Below, in pieces: positions 45,600 to 59,458 of a DNA stretch of 64,000 nt. The notes beneath the pieces were generated by a model that saw only the letters and a program-made list of their open reading frames with translations, was not told the origin of the DNA and did no database searches. This DNA is from the human T2T-CHM13v2.0 reference genome, Homo sapiens, in assembly GCF_009914755.1 (NCBI RefSeq), contig NC_060934.1. One strand, written 5' to 3'. Made by a program: the position numbers and the translations under genes. Every line of letters begins with the position of its first letter. The stretch's first letter is position 1.

Positions 45600-45618
45600 T
45601 GACCACTAGGTGGCACTA
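45600..45618 (+). promoter_or_regulatory. CTCF-binding motif TGACCACTAGGTGGCACTA
   Basis: Near-perfect match to the CTCF core CCASYAGRKGGCRS, beside a small CpG-rich patch (gcggccgc). Confidence 0.8.
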
Positions 45619-46305
45619 CATGAAAATGGATATCACTTCCTGCCACAGGGACCTTTTCCACGCAGAGCTATGCTCTGGAATAAAACCCAGATTAGAAAGT
45701 AAATAAATAAAAGGAACAATATATATAAAATAAAAAATAAACATAAATATAATTATCAAATAATATTATACATCTGGAATTGAGAACAATTAAACAGAAT
45801 CACATTTTCATGCCTTTTCTTCTCCAAGACCTCAAAGCACTGTGAGATGCTAGATTGTTTATATTCTGTTTTAACCTTTGTTGAATAGCTGATTTGTCAG
45901 CTATTTGTTAACATCTGTGTGGACTAAAATCAGTCTACAGATGATTCTAATTCAAAAAATAAAAGAGAAAAAAATGAGAGTGAGCCGATTGGCCAGGGGA
46001 AACGGACTTGGGTAGGAAGCGACCACAGAGAACCTTCAACCCTGAGATGGGACCGGGGAGGGGAGGACCCCAAGGGGCTGAGAGGCTCTGGTCCCGCAGC
46101 AGATGGGTCTGCAGGCCGAGTATTAACGAGCCCCAAGAGGACAGGTAGCAACAATGGTAGAAATTGCCACATGCTCAGTATTTCCCCCAAGTCTGGCCTC
46201 TGATAATTGCTTTACATAGATTAGCTTGCTTAATCCTCACTAACACCCTATGAGGTAGATTCTATCATCACCCTATCTGTTTTACTGATGAAGAAACTAG
46301 GACCA

Positions 46306-46446
46306 TTTTTCTTATTTTTTTAATATATATAGATGAGGTCTCAACTATGTTGTCCAGGGTGGTCTTCAACTCCTGGCCTGAAGCAATCCTCCGGCCCTCA
46401 GCCTCCCAAAATGTTGGGATTACAGGTATGAGCACTGTACCTGGTC
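46306..46446 (-). mobile_element. Alu monomer (FLAM-like), inserted in a MIR
   Basis: Single arm; TSD gaaactagga. Confidence 0.85.
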
Positions 46447-47032
46447 CAGGAAACTAGGAGCAGAATGGCTGTCACATGGTCAAAGTCAAACAATCGGCAT
46501 GTGGTGATCCCTGGGTTGAGACCAGGTAATTTGATTCCAGAATGCTGGCTCACACTCCTGTGCTAGACTGTTGCCCCATGCGCTCTACTTTATTTTTTCT
46601 TTCACATGCTAACTTTCTTAAGTTGCTGAAAACTGTAATTACCAAAATTTAGGGGGTGTGTTCTCTCTCCTCATGATGCCATGAATATACTTAAAGCTTA
46701 TCACTAGACTAAGACCCCCAGGAGACCCTCACTCCCTTATTTGCTCTGCCCAGCTCACACAATCCCCACCCCCTCCCCACCTCCCGACAGCTTCCATCCC
46801 AGCATGCTAATGTTTAGCTGGTCTTCACTGTTGTTTGATGTGCCATTGTTCTGTTCTCCCACTTCTCATGATGGGCTTCTGAATACCTCAAAGCACCTGG
46901 TCTAGAAATCTGCAAATACTAGGCAGACAAAAGACCACCTGATTTACCTGAACTCCAAATGGTAGTTATTACAAATGTGACAAAAGGGAAGGTAAATTGT
47001 TGTACAACTCACAACCAGTAGGAATGTATTAC

Positions 47033-47188
47033 CTCTCCAAGGCTCTGTCTCTCCTGTTTGTCATCATAGCCCGAAGTGTAGAAAGGCTCATAGGTAATAA
47101 GATCTGGACGTTCAATGTCATAAATTGCCTTGACCTTCGGAATGGCTGCTAAATCCTTGTAATCCAGGATCTCATTGTCTACTTTTGC
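47033..47188 (-). CDS. ABLIM1: ABLIM1 exon AKVDNEILDYKDLAAIPKVKAIYDIERPDLITYEP...QSLGE; 156 nt, phase 0-0
   Basis: tttgccag|GCAAAA...GGAGAG|gtaata; YKDLAAIPK motif shared by the abLIM/dematin family. Confidence 0.97.
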
Positions 47189-47651
47189 CTGGCAAAGTTA
47201 ACCAGAAAGAACAATTACCTTGTAGTCTGACTGCTTTAGGAAACTGTAGTTGGCGCATTTCCTGTTGTTTAAAAAGTGAAGGCCTTAAAATAAACAAAAA
47301 CCAAAACATCTTGCCTAACACAGTTATACTCTTCAGAAGTTGCCCTTTATACCATATATTAATCATGTTTTTTTAAAAAAGTCACTGAACGCTTAGGAAA
47401 AAATCTGTGTAGAATTCATGAAATAGATAAATGTGCAAACCTTAAGGATAATTTCCTGAATTTATGATAGTAAAGGAAAAAGCTCAAACAGATGGTCCAA
47501 TAATCCTCTCAGATGGCTAAAAACAAGAACTGCATAATTAATAAACTAAATATTTAAATATCTTTGTGGTAGAATTTAGGAACACTCAGTATCAGCTTCA
47601 TAAAATATATATTTAATCCTCAAATATCTATATGCAATTTAGGTGCAAGAA

Positions 47652-47673
47652 TTTTTTTTTTTGAGACGGAGTC
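47652..47673 (-). mobile_element. Extremely 5'-truncated Alu (11-12 nt plus A tail)
   Basis: T11-gagacggagtc between perfect copies of ttaggtgcaagaa. Confidence 0.85.
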
Positions 47674-47934
47674 TTAGGTGCAAGAATTTTTTAAGTCCCG
47701 CAACATATTACTACATTTTACAGGTCGTCTGATCACTCTGTTGATGGTCACATAAATGTAATTACCTAAAGGTAAAAGTGATTGAGGAGACTGTTCTACA
47801 AAAATGAAAATCAGGTCTCATAACAAAAATAGAAATCACTTTGAATCAGTTTTTGTTTTGGATTACCCATTCTGCTATTACAATCCACTAATTTACCTGT
47901 CCCAGAAATGTCACTTCCAGAAGTAGATACTTAC

Positions 47935-48012
47935 ATAGATAGTATGACCTGGTGAGCCAGGAATACTGGAGCCTGGCCTAGAATAAATACTTTCCGAGGA
48001 TGTCCTGGTAGG
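47935..48012 (-). CDS. ABLIM1: ABLIM1 exon PTRTSSESIYSRPGSSIPGSPGHTIY; 78 nt, phase 0-0
   Basis: ttttacag|CCTACC...ATCTAT|gtaagt. Confidence 0.96.
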
Positions 48013-48180
48013 CTGTAAAATAAACAGTGACTTGTAAGACTTCGGACCCTGGCTTCAGAATCTAGACTGTCCTGGGCCCTTAAGCTTTACTAAAAACTCA
48101 GCTAGTGAAAAAAAGAAACATTTATCACCTTTTTGAATAAGGTAAAATACAACCTAGAAGGAAAGGTAAATGCAAACTAG

Positions 48181-48739
<559 letters not shown>

Positions 48740-48797
48740 GAGAGACCTTTCAAGAACATAATTTGGATGGTCACTACTCTGCTTTTGTCTCCAGCAT

Positions 48798-49151
48798 TGA
48801 TATAGTTTGGCTGTGTCTCCACCCACGTTTCACCTTGAATTGTAATAATCCCCACGTGTCAAGGATAGGTCCAGGTGGAGATAATTGAATCATGGGGCAG
48901 TTTCCCCCATACTATTCTTGTGATAGTGAATAAGTCTCACGAGACTGATGATTTTATAAATGGGAGTTTCCCTGCACAAGCTCTCTTGCCTGCCACCACG
49001 TAAGACATGACTTTGTTTCTTATTTGCCTTCTGCCATGATTGTGAGGCCTCCCCAGCCATGTGGAACTGGAGTCCATTAAGCCACTTTCCTTTATAAATT
49101 ACCCAGTCTTGGGTATATGTCTACTAGCGGCATGAGAACAGACCTAACAGA
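48798..49151 (+). mobile_element. ERVL-MaLR solo LTR (THE1-like)
   Basis: Starts tgatatagtttggctgtgtc; about 354 bp; 5-bp TSD agcat. Confidence 0.92.
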
Positions 49152-50394
49152 AGCATCCATTCAGAATAAAATCACAACAACCAGGGCCTCAGGATTCTAT
49201 CCCTGCCTTCCCCTCCTACCTCGTCTCTCACCTGTCATCACTCACAGAACACAGCGCACAAAGCTGCCTCGGAGTTCTCATCCTCGCTTACTGCTCCCTC
49301 TGCCTGAAATGCCCTAGCTCCCAATTTTACTTGGATGATTCTCTTCCTTCAGTCTTGGCTTAAATATCACCTCCTCAGAGAGGACCTCCCTGATTCAATC
49401 CAGAGTTGGTTCCCCATGTTGTTTTCTCTCATAGTGTCATTCTTTTTTCCTTCATGAGTAAAATGTATAATTATATATTTATTGTTTTCCTTGCATCGTG
49501 TCTGTCTCCCTCATTAACTTTAGTCATGCTCTCTGCCCTCATAGAGTTTATTTTTTAACCACTGTCTATACCCAATGCTTTCCACAGGTACACAGAAGGC
49601 ACAAATCCTAGTTGAGGGAATGAGCTAGAATTTATTACTTGTAAACAAATACTTAGTTTGCAGACACTTGACTTATGTTAATTACACGATTTGAGCCTAA
49701 CTATATAGAGAGTCACTGAGGTAAGGCTGGTGGGTCGGCCTTTGGGAAGGATGAAAGAAACTGGACTTCATAGTATATACCTGAAGAACGTGGAGAGTGA
49801 GAGGTGGTTATGTGAGCAGGAAGGAAACTTATGAACTAGGATCAGCTGCCTCCTGCTTCTGTTTAACATATTCTGGAAAGCTCTGCAGAGAAAACTCAAG
49901 GCCTCATTTTGGAACACTTCCTCCCCTCTGTTGCAGCCATTTCCTAAAGAGAGTAACTTATAGTTCTACAATAGGAATAAGACCTTGCCTTCTCAGTAGT
50001 TTCTATTGGTGTTTAATACCTTGAATGTGGGCACCACTGAGCCAAAGAAACTCCTTCAGACAAGGGTGTTGTCTCACTATGCTGTTCACAGTTGAAGCAA
50101 TGAAGGCAAACATATCTGGCCAATTCAGGTCAGGCAGTGATTTGACTCATTGCTGGAAGACTGTGATCAGTCTTTTTCAGCCAATGCCCCTGGTATCTTT
50201 GAGATGCTAGGGTGGAAGTGGCTGGGAGAAATCACACCACACCCAGGTGGAGGTGCACCAGGTGCATCACTTCTGGGCCTCCTCCCCAGGACCTGCCGTG
50301 CACAAGCGCTTTCCTGCTAGAGTTATACCAATCACAGGCATATCTCAATATGAGAAAATTCTACCTCTGAGTATGTTGAAAAAGGAAAGACTCA

Positions 50395-50769
<375 letters not shown>

Positions 50770-51009
50770 CTAGATCCATTTCCTAATCAAAATATAGAAG
50801 TGGCACAATCAAAATGTATTCCTCCTTTACAAGGAGATGCTACCCCCTGAAAAAGCTGAACCTGTATCCATCTCTGTGAGATAATTATTAACCACAGGTA
50901 GTCCTTCAGTTTCAAGTGGCCAGGATCTCACATTTTCCAAACTTAATGTCAAAATGAAACCTCTTAAGTAGCAACCCAAGAATATCGATGGCAACGAATG
51001 TCTACTGCC

Positions 51010-51225
51010 CACTTACTACGTGGAAGCCCTGTGCCAAGCACTTCCCAGGCTTAATCTCATGTAATCTTCTCGGTAACCCTAGGAGGTAGCTTCCATTATT
51101 ATTCCTATTTTACAGATAAGGAAAAAGTATCAGTGCTCCAAGCCACACAGGTAGGAAAGGGATGAAGAGTCAGGATTTGAACTCAGACACTCTAGGTCCA
51201 CAGCCCAAGCATTTAAGCCCTGCAC
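51010..51225 (-). mobile_element. MIR
   Basis: cctattttacagataaggaaa...ggatttgaactcag; boundaries approximate. Confidence 0.7.
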
Positions 51226-51818
51226 TAAAATTTTGCTGTATTGCAGGGCAAATGTGATCATTTATTTCCTATCAACATAACTATGGGACAAATGGGGTGA
51301 AACTAAAAGAGAAATATTGAGATCAAGTAGCAGAAAAGAATGCTTGCTAACTGAAAATATTTTTGTTGCGCTAGCTCTGTAAGAACACTGCAATAGCTCA
51401 CTGGGTTGGGGTGGGGAGAGGGTGTGCGGCAGGAGCATCAGATGTCTTCGGTTACTGGGGTTGCTATGACAAAGGCCTGTTTTCATTAACAAGCATCCAG
51501 GACATTGTGTGAACAGCCAAAGTGTACACTGGGGCTTTGGGGTCACTCGTATGTTACTCATCCTTATTTTTGCCAAGTGTGGGGCAAGGATACTTTCAGC
51601 CTTTGCTGTAATGATGCACCTGGGGATGGCTCTGAATGGTTTTATTTGCTCTTGTACTGCATGTACTGGTAGAAACAGAGCTGAAGAACAACGCACGCAC
51701 ATGTAGGGAAGGGTCTTTAACAGCACCTTCCAGGGATGAAGAGCTTCGTGGGCAGTAAAGGCAGTTCTCTTGGCAGAACTAGCCTATTTCACTTCAGTTT
51801 CTCTCTCCCTTCCTTCTC

Positions 51819-52099
51819 TGAGACAGAGTCTCACTCTGTCGCCCAGCCTGGAGTGCAGTGGCATGATCTTGGCTTCACTGCAACCTCTGCCTCCCAGGTT
51901 CAAGCGATTCTACTGCCTCAGCCTCCCAAGTAGCTGGGACTACGGGGACTTGCCACCCACCCAGCTAATTTTTGTATTTTTAGTAGAGATGGGGTTTCAC
52001 CCCATTGGCCAGGATGGTCTTGAACTCCTGACCTCATGATTTGCCTGCCTCGGCCTCCCAAAGTGCTGGGATTACAGACGTGAGCCATAACGCCTGGCC
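51819..52099 (-). mobile_element. Alu (AluS-like), essentially without an A tail
   Basis: TSD ctctcccttccttct lies next to the Alu 3' end. Confidence 0.94.
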
Positions 52100-52469
52100 T
52101 CTCCCTTCCTTCTTGACTGGATTAGGGGATCCTGTGAGTTATGCAGGCTTTCTTGGAAACATTTATCTTTTTTTATTTACACTATTAATACTGTTGAGCT
52201 AAAGATTTTAAAAGTTATTCAACAATTTGAATTTTTTCAAGACCCATTTGGTTTTTAAAAGTTTTCAGATCCAAATTACCTCCAATTTGAATACACTTAC
52301 CCCCAAGTTCTCTGATTCAGAAATAAATATTTTAGGTTTTAATAGGCAGTTTTCAAAGTCAGGTGAACTGGTCATCAAATTTGCTGATGTTCTGGCTTGT
52401 CTTAGAGCCATCCCTCTGCTACTCGCATCTTCAAACTTTAGTGTTGAGAAATGCCCTGATGTATCTTGG

Positions 52470-52832
52470 AGATATGGTTTGGCTCTGTGCCCCCACCCAA
52501 ATCTCATCTTGATTTGTAATATCCATGTGTCCAGGGAGAGAGGTGATTGGATTGTGGGGGTGGTTTTCCCCATGCTGTTCTCATGATAGTGAGAGAAGTC
52601 TCACGAGACCTGGTGGTTTTATAAATGGTAGTTTTTACTGCATTCACATGCTCTCTCTTTCCTGACACCATGTGAAGAAGGTCTTTGCTTCCCCTTTGCC
52701 TTCTGCCATGATTGTTAAGATTCCTGAGGCCTTCCCAGCCATGCAGAACTGTGGGTCAATTAAACCTCTTTTCTTTATAAATTACCCCGTCTTGGGCAGT
52801 TCTTTATAGCAGCGTGAAAATGGACTAATACA
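52470..52832 (+). mobile_element. ERVL-MaLR solo LTR (THE1D/MSTA-like)
   Basis: gatatggtttggctctgtgccccacccaaatctc...ggactaataca; 5-bp TSD cttgg. Confidence 0.93.
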
Positions 52833-53054
52833 CTTGGAGATTCGGAAACTGCTTTTTCTTTCACTGAATTTACCACTGTTTGTTTTTGCTTCATTCTGAC
52901 CTCCTAAGTTTATGGTAAAATTTACTTCCATGGGCATCTTGTTTGCAGGTTGAGTTGCATTCTTGCTTGCTTATTTTCTTACAATGGCCCAATTCTGTTT
53001 ACCTGTCTATATTGAAATAATGGGATAAAACACATCTATGTATTTTATGTAAGA

Positions 53055-53310
53055 CAGTGTAATACAGTGGACTTAAAAGGCTGGCTTTGGTGCCAAATAA
53101 CAGTTCAAACCTGGGCTCTACTAGTTGTTTGATGTTACATGAGTTTTTCTTTTTTCTTTTCCGTTCTCTTTTTCTTTTAACTTCCTTGAGCTTCAACTTC
53201 TTCATGTACAGAACGCAGCAAGGTGTACCAGCATAACTATGTCACAGGGTTAAATGAGAGGATGCATATAAAGCTCCAAGCACCTTACTGGGCACATGGC
53301 AAGTAGTCAA
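53055..53310 (+). mobile_element. MIR
   Basis: gttcaaacctgggctctactagttg...ggttaaatgaga...ggcacatggcaag; boundaries approximate. Confidence 0.6.
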
Positions 53311-56300
53311 CATTTTCTAGACACTTGGGATTAGACTAGGTTTCTCAGGCAGTTAATCTCAAATAATGCCTCTGTTTTGCTCTTCATGAATATTCCTTTC
53401 ATATGTGAGCTACACAGAACTGGGCTTCCCCAGCGTTCTCTACAGCTACCGCACTTGGACTCCTTCCCATCAGAACTCAGATATGTGAAGCAATTCATCA
53501 CAGTATATGGGGCAGCAGTCCCGCCAGGAGCTGACAGATAGCCTTCCCCTCCTTGAGAACTCTGTGAAGTGATTCCAAATGCTCTTGGAGACAGTGACTG
53601 TGTCTCCACTTTGGTAATTAATGCCCTTCCCATGCCGATGACGATGACCTTGCACAGTCTGTCTTATCTGCCAGGACAGTTCCTGGTTTGTTGCCTACTG
53701 AACTGTGCTCAAGGCTTAAGTGACACACATGGATTGCCTGCTTTTTGCCACAGTCCCTAATGTCTCTCAGAGTGTATTTGCTCAACTGCGGGAGGTTAGA
53801 GGTCTCTCCCTTATGAAGGTCATAAAATTACTTTTTAAAAATTGAATGATTATTTTTGGACTTTTAATCCTAGATACTTAGAATTTTACATTTCAATTTG
53901 AAACATCTAGAATTCCAAACATGTTGAATTTCAAATTAACATCTTGTTTATTAAAAGAACCATTTTTATTCTTCCAGCTGTTATTTTTCTTTTCCTAATG
54001 AATCCATAATTTGCTGTTATGGCTAAGATATCTTCAAAAGGCTCAGAGCTGTTCTCCAACACATTAACATATATCCACTCAGACAGAAACCATCTCAATC
54101 TTGAAAGCACTTAACTTACTGACATGCTGTCCCACTTTCAAATCCCACTGACAGTTTCTTCTTTACCATTAACCCAACCCTATCATCACCTCTTTGGTCA
54201 TCACAGAATTTTACAGGTGATCGTGACATGTAACTGATGATCCTTACCTGTAGTTATTTAATCTAAATTACCATTTCCACCCATTCAGATGTCCAGGGTA
54301 ACAACAGTGACCCAATAATTATGAACTGAACTCAATAACCCAATGGGTCAGAAGCCTTGTTTCTGGAATTCTTTATGAGAGTTACAGTAAAAAAAAAATA
54401 CTCTCTGGTCTATGTTATAAATGCATACAATTTCAAATATTTATCACCAAAGGTAAGCTCACTTCTACAGAATAAAGGAAACAGCAAGGACTTATGGCTA
54501 ACATACTAAAAGCAGGTACAATTTATTTACTTTCATTTAAGCACCTTTTCCTTGCAGAAAAACCAACTCGAAAGTGCAGTTGGAGAAATTCAGTTCTTCC
54601 TTTTGATGCTATCTTTGGCATCTTCTGATGCCATCTTTGGCATGGAGGTGGGGTGAGGTGAGATGAAGAAAGCAGGCAAGGTAGATAGATACAGAATTAT
54701 ATATGGTAGTGATCGCTCAGAGTATTTTGCCAGTAAGATGAGGCAAGTAGGTGAAACCTTATTTTGGCAAAAGGAAGAAAGGAGCCTTCGGTAAGAACCT
54801 TCTTGTTGATATGGCTGTTCTCATTCAGTCTGTCATGATGAAGGGGTCCATTTACTCTATAGTTATCTCCCCAGCACACTTTCATGTCTTTACGTTTGAT
54901 TTCAACAACGATTTTTACTTTCCACACACACACACACAAATAACAAAGAGATGCCTCATTAGAAGACTAGCAGTTCAACAGGAGAGATAAAACATGGCAT
55001 TTAATTACAAATAAGTAGCCAAATGCTTTAAAAAGCACATCTTTTTGTTTTCTTCATGAAATCTCTTTGAAAAGCCCTCTAAATACCTTTCAGCTATTTT
55101 TCCCCTATGCCTTGATTTTGTCCATCTGTCCTACCATTCAGAAGGCACAGTCACAGAACAAAAATTAATTGAAGACATCCTCTTCCGTTTCCATTACAGG
55201 TCTTATTATTCTTCAAATACTAACCATTAAAAACACTTACCAGAGCTCTGCCGGTTGAGTAAGTAGATAAATGACATTTTCCATTTACTTTCCATTATGA
55301 TCCACCATGCACATGGGTCGCCTAGAAGGACAGTGCTGGGAAGCACTTTGTAGCCCCTGCCCTCCCCCCATTCAGCAGGAGCAGGGATGCAACAACTATA
55401 TTCATCTAATTTGCATTTATCCAAAGCCATGCTCTAAGGAGAGAAACTACAGGCATCTGGCAACTAGATCAGAATGATCTTATGAACACTGATGGGACAA
55501 CTACTGATATAAGGTGACTGACACCTTATACTAAGTCCTGTTGATGTGGACAGTACCTGCCTTGGGTTTTTGTTGAAGTTCACTAGACAAGGTGGGGATA
55601 ACAGCTGCAGAAAAAGGAATATTTTAAAACCTGCACATACTGAATGCCCACTGCTAAGCAAAGAAAGAGTGAAATCAACTCCTTTGGAAAAAAGAATTTT
55701 GTGTTTGGAGAGGAGGCAGGAGGGTGCTGTGCGCACACACCACTTCTCTGGGGACAGTTTCACAAATGCCATCAGCCGTTATTACATGAAATCTTTCCAG
55801 TATAAATCTTTACACCTCTACATTCAGCTGTCTGATGAACTGTAAAGACACACTCAAAAGGATGAAATACTTGGACGAAGTGAAAGCTGGGAGTAAAACA
55901 GTATGTATTGTAGTGACATGAACAAAACAAAAATCAAACACCACTAACATTACTTGCTTGTTCTTGACAGACATAAAGCCTCAAATTAGCTCCTTTAAAA
56001 ATATACACATGGTATTTGTTCGGTATATTATAGATTGACAAGTGCATATGTTATAATTGGTGAATATTAGTTTCAAAGAAAAAAGTCACACCCATTTTGT
56101 AGGTCAGTCAATTCATGCTTTAACCTCCAAAGGCATGGCTGAGAAAAACTCCCTTTTAGAATGAAAGCAAGTGACACCCCCCAGATTATTACAGACTTGG
56201 TCCTGGGAATACCATGTGCTTTGTGTATAATGAATTACACATGCTCAGTACTGAGTTTTACCTGTAGACAAAATTTGCTATTCATAGAAAACTTCCAAGT

Positions 56301-57350
56301 GAGTGGAACCAGAATACGTTTTTCTTAGGTAATTCTATTTTCATCATTTTCTTTTACCTGTAATTCAGGCAAAAGGAAAAGATGGAGCTCATTCTCAATA
56401 TAGATAACAAAAATGACTTTCCTGCTATAGATTTTACTTTCCTCTACAACAAAACCAGGATTTATTTCTGCAGCACAGAGTACTGAATGTCCCTGCAAGG
56501 AAGACAGTTTATCTAATAACTAAGGGTACTGAATTTTAAGTGGTGGAAAATGAGCTGCTGTGTAGCCAAAAGTACTTAAAAGATAAAATATCTGTGACTT
56601 GAGAACTGCATTGCTTTGGAGTTTTCTGGAATCTTAAAGGTACTGGTGAGCCATTCTTCAATCGCCAACGGGTGAAGGGAGACCTTGCCACACAGCCCAT
56701 TTTCTCTGCCAGGTCCCCAGCTGTTTACAACTTTCTGTGATGGAGCTAAAGTTGACTTCATTGATAGTTACAGCTGGATAATAGGAATCAGATGTCCCTT
56801 TTGAACAACAAGATAGGAGGAGAGAAGTTATTGAAAACAGACCTCTCTCGCTCCCTCTCTGTCTCTCAAGATGCTCCAAATCTCTTAAGCTTAAAGGTCT
56901 GGGGCAAACTAAAAAATTTCACACTTGATGATGGCATTTTTCTTCAAGTCATGAAAATGTATTACTTGATTGTAGACACAGGCTAACAAAATGTAATACT
57001 ATTTAACAGTATACTACTGGAAAAAATAAGAAAAAAAAACTATTGAAAAAGTGGCTTCTTGCCAAGTGGAAGCACTTAATTCTGAGCAACACTCATTTAA
57101 AGTGGGGACAATCTTTGGCTGTTCCTCTGGATTCATGTGACTTTGACTTCACCGTGTGTGGAAACTCTGCCACTGGAGCTGAAACTTTAACACAGAATGA
57201 AGATTGTATGAAAAATACATCATATCATAGGAACCCAGTATCACGGGACAACGCAAGGCACTGAGGCCTGGGGTCAAGAACTGAAGTGTGCAGTTGGCTT
57301 GCTGTTTATGACAGCCTGTGCAGTCTCAGACATGCTGCTGTATCTGTCCA

Positions 57351-57700
<350 letters not shown>

Positions 57701-58234
57701 TAAAAGGTTCTCTTCTACTCTAAGCTTCTATACTTCTGTCTTTTCCATCGTGCAAAGAAAGAAGGTGAAGGTTTAACAAAAATAGAAACTCAAACTCTTC
57801 TTATCCTTAGCGCAGTTCTGACAGGCACAGAATGTACAGGCACACAGCCCAGCCAAAGTGCTGCAGTGCAACCCTGAATTGTTAGCAGAGCTACAGAACA
57901 GGTTTCATCTGGGCTGAGATGAGATTGTAGAAAGTCGCTTCTAGTTTAACAGGCCAAGGTTTCCACTGATTCTCAGAGACCCCTAAAGACGGTCAGGTAC
58001 ACTGTGCATGCAGCATAATCTCCAGCCTGGCTGTTCCTCTGCCGGGCTGGTTGAGTCCTCTCCCTTCCCCTGCAGGATGCCCCGGGCAGGTGGTGCGTCT
58101 CTCTTCCTTACACTCCATCAGTGGCCCCCTGACAACAGCCTTAGCCAGTATTTAATGTTCTCCTTCTTCTGCTTCTTTCGGGTTTTTCTCTCACTGTCCC
58201 CTTGCAGTATAGCAGGATGAATATGAGTGAAGGG

Positions 58235-58760
<526 letters not shown>

Positions 58761-59374
58761 TCACTCTTCCTTTCTTGAGTGAAACCACTCCCTACCCAAG
58801 CACTGCCTTTCCCGGCTGCACACTTCACATCTCCTCATCAGGTCCACCACTTTCTCCTCATCCCCTCATGGGCAAATCTCAGCCAGCCTCCAAAAATCAA
58901 CTCCAAGACCACTTCTCCCAGGAAGCGACCCTGGAAACCTTTTCCTCATCTGACATTCCAAGGAGCATGGCCTACATGAGCCATAGCCTGGGATGGGTTT
59001 CTGTACCACTCTTATAATTATTTATCATCTTTTCTTGCCTATGAGGCTGGATCTGCCACATCCAGCCCAGCTCTATACCTGGGTGCTGAGCAGATACTTG
59101 TGCAGTGAACAAACGTGGCAACACGGGACCAAAAGATAGCTTCTGATGTGCTTGCTTGAACAGACACAAAGCTTTAGCTGCTGCTCTGAATGAAAACATC
59201 CATCCAAGAAGACAACAGCCAGAGTCAGTGTGAGAGGCGCTTGTGGTGTGAGAAAAGCATCTGCTTTCTGCAGGAGCCGAAGAAGTTATGTGAGAAAAGC
59301 AGCCCAGGGGAAAAGCAACAGAAGCCTGGGCCCAGGACAGTGGCTTCGAGCCCCAGCCTAGACACAATGCCAAC

Positions 59375-59458
59375 CTGCAGAGACGGAGACCGTCCTGTGC
59401 GTCGAATCAGACTTTTGGAATAAAAGAAATCGGATGAAGAACGCCGAATGTTTGGCAG
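59375..59458 (-). CDS. ABLIM1: ABLIM1 cassette exon LPNIRRSSSDFFYSKSLIRRTGRSPSLQ; 84 nt, phase 0-0
   Basis: tcatggcag|CTGCCA...CTGCAG|gttggc; open frame (inside ORF 59225..59494), CpG-rich relative to the intron; absent from the canonical 778-aa form as I recall it. Confidence 0.85.

Noticed and set aside
54241-54270. Strong donor CAG|gtaagg
   Set aside because: No credible upstream acceptor; isolated donors are common in introns.
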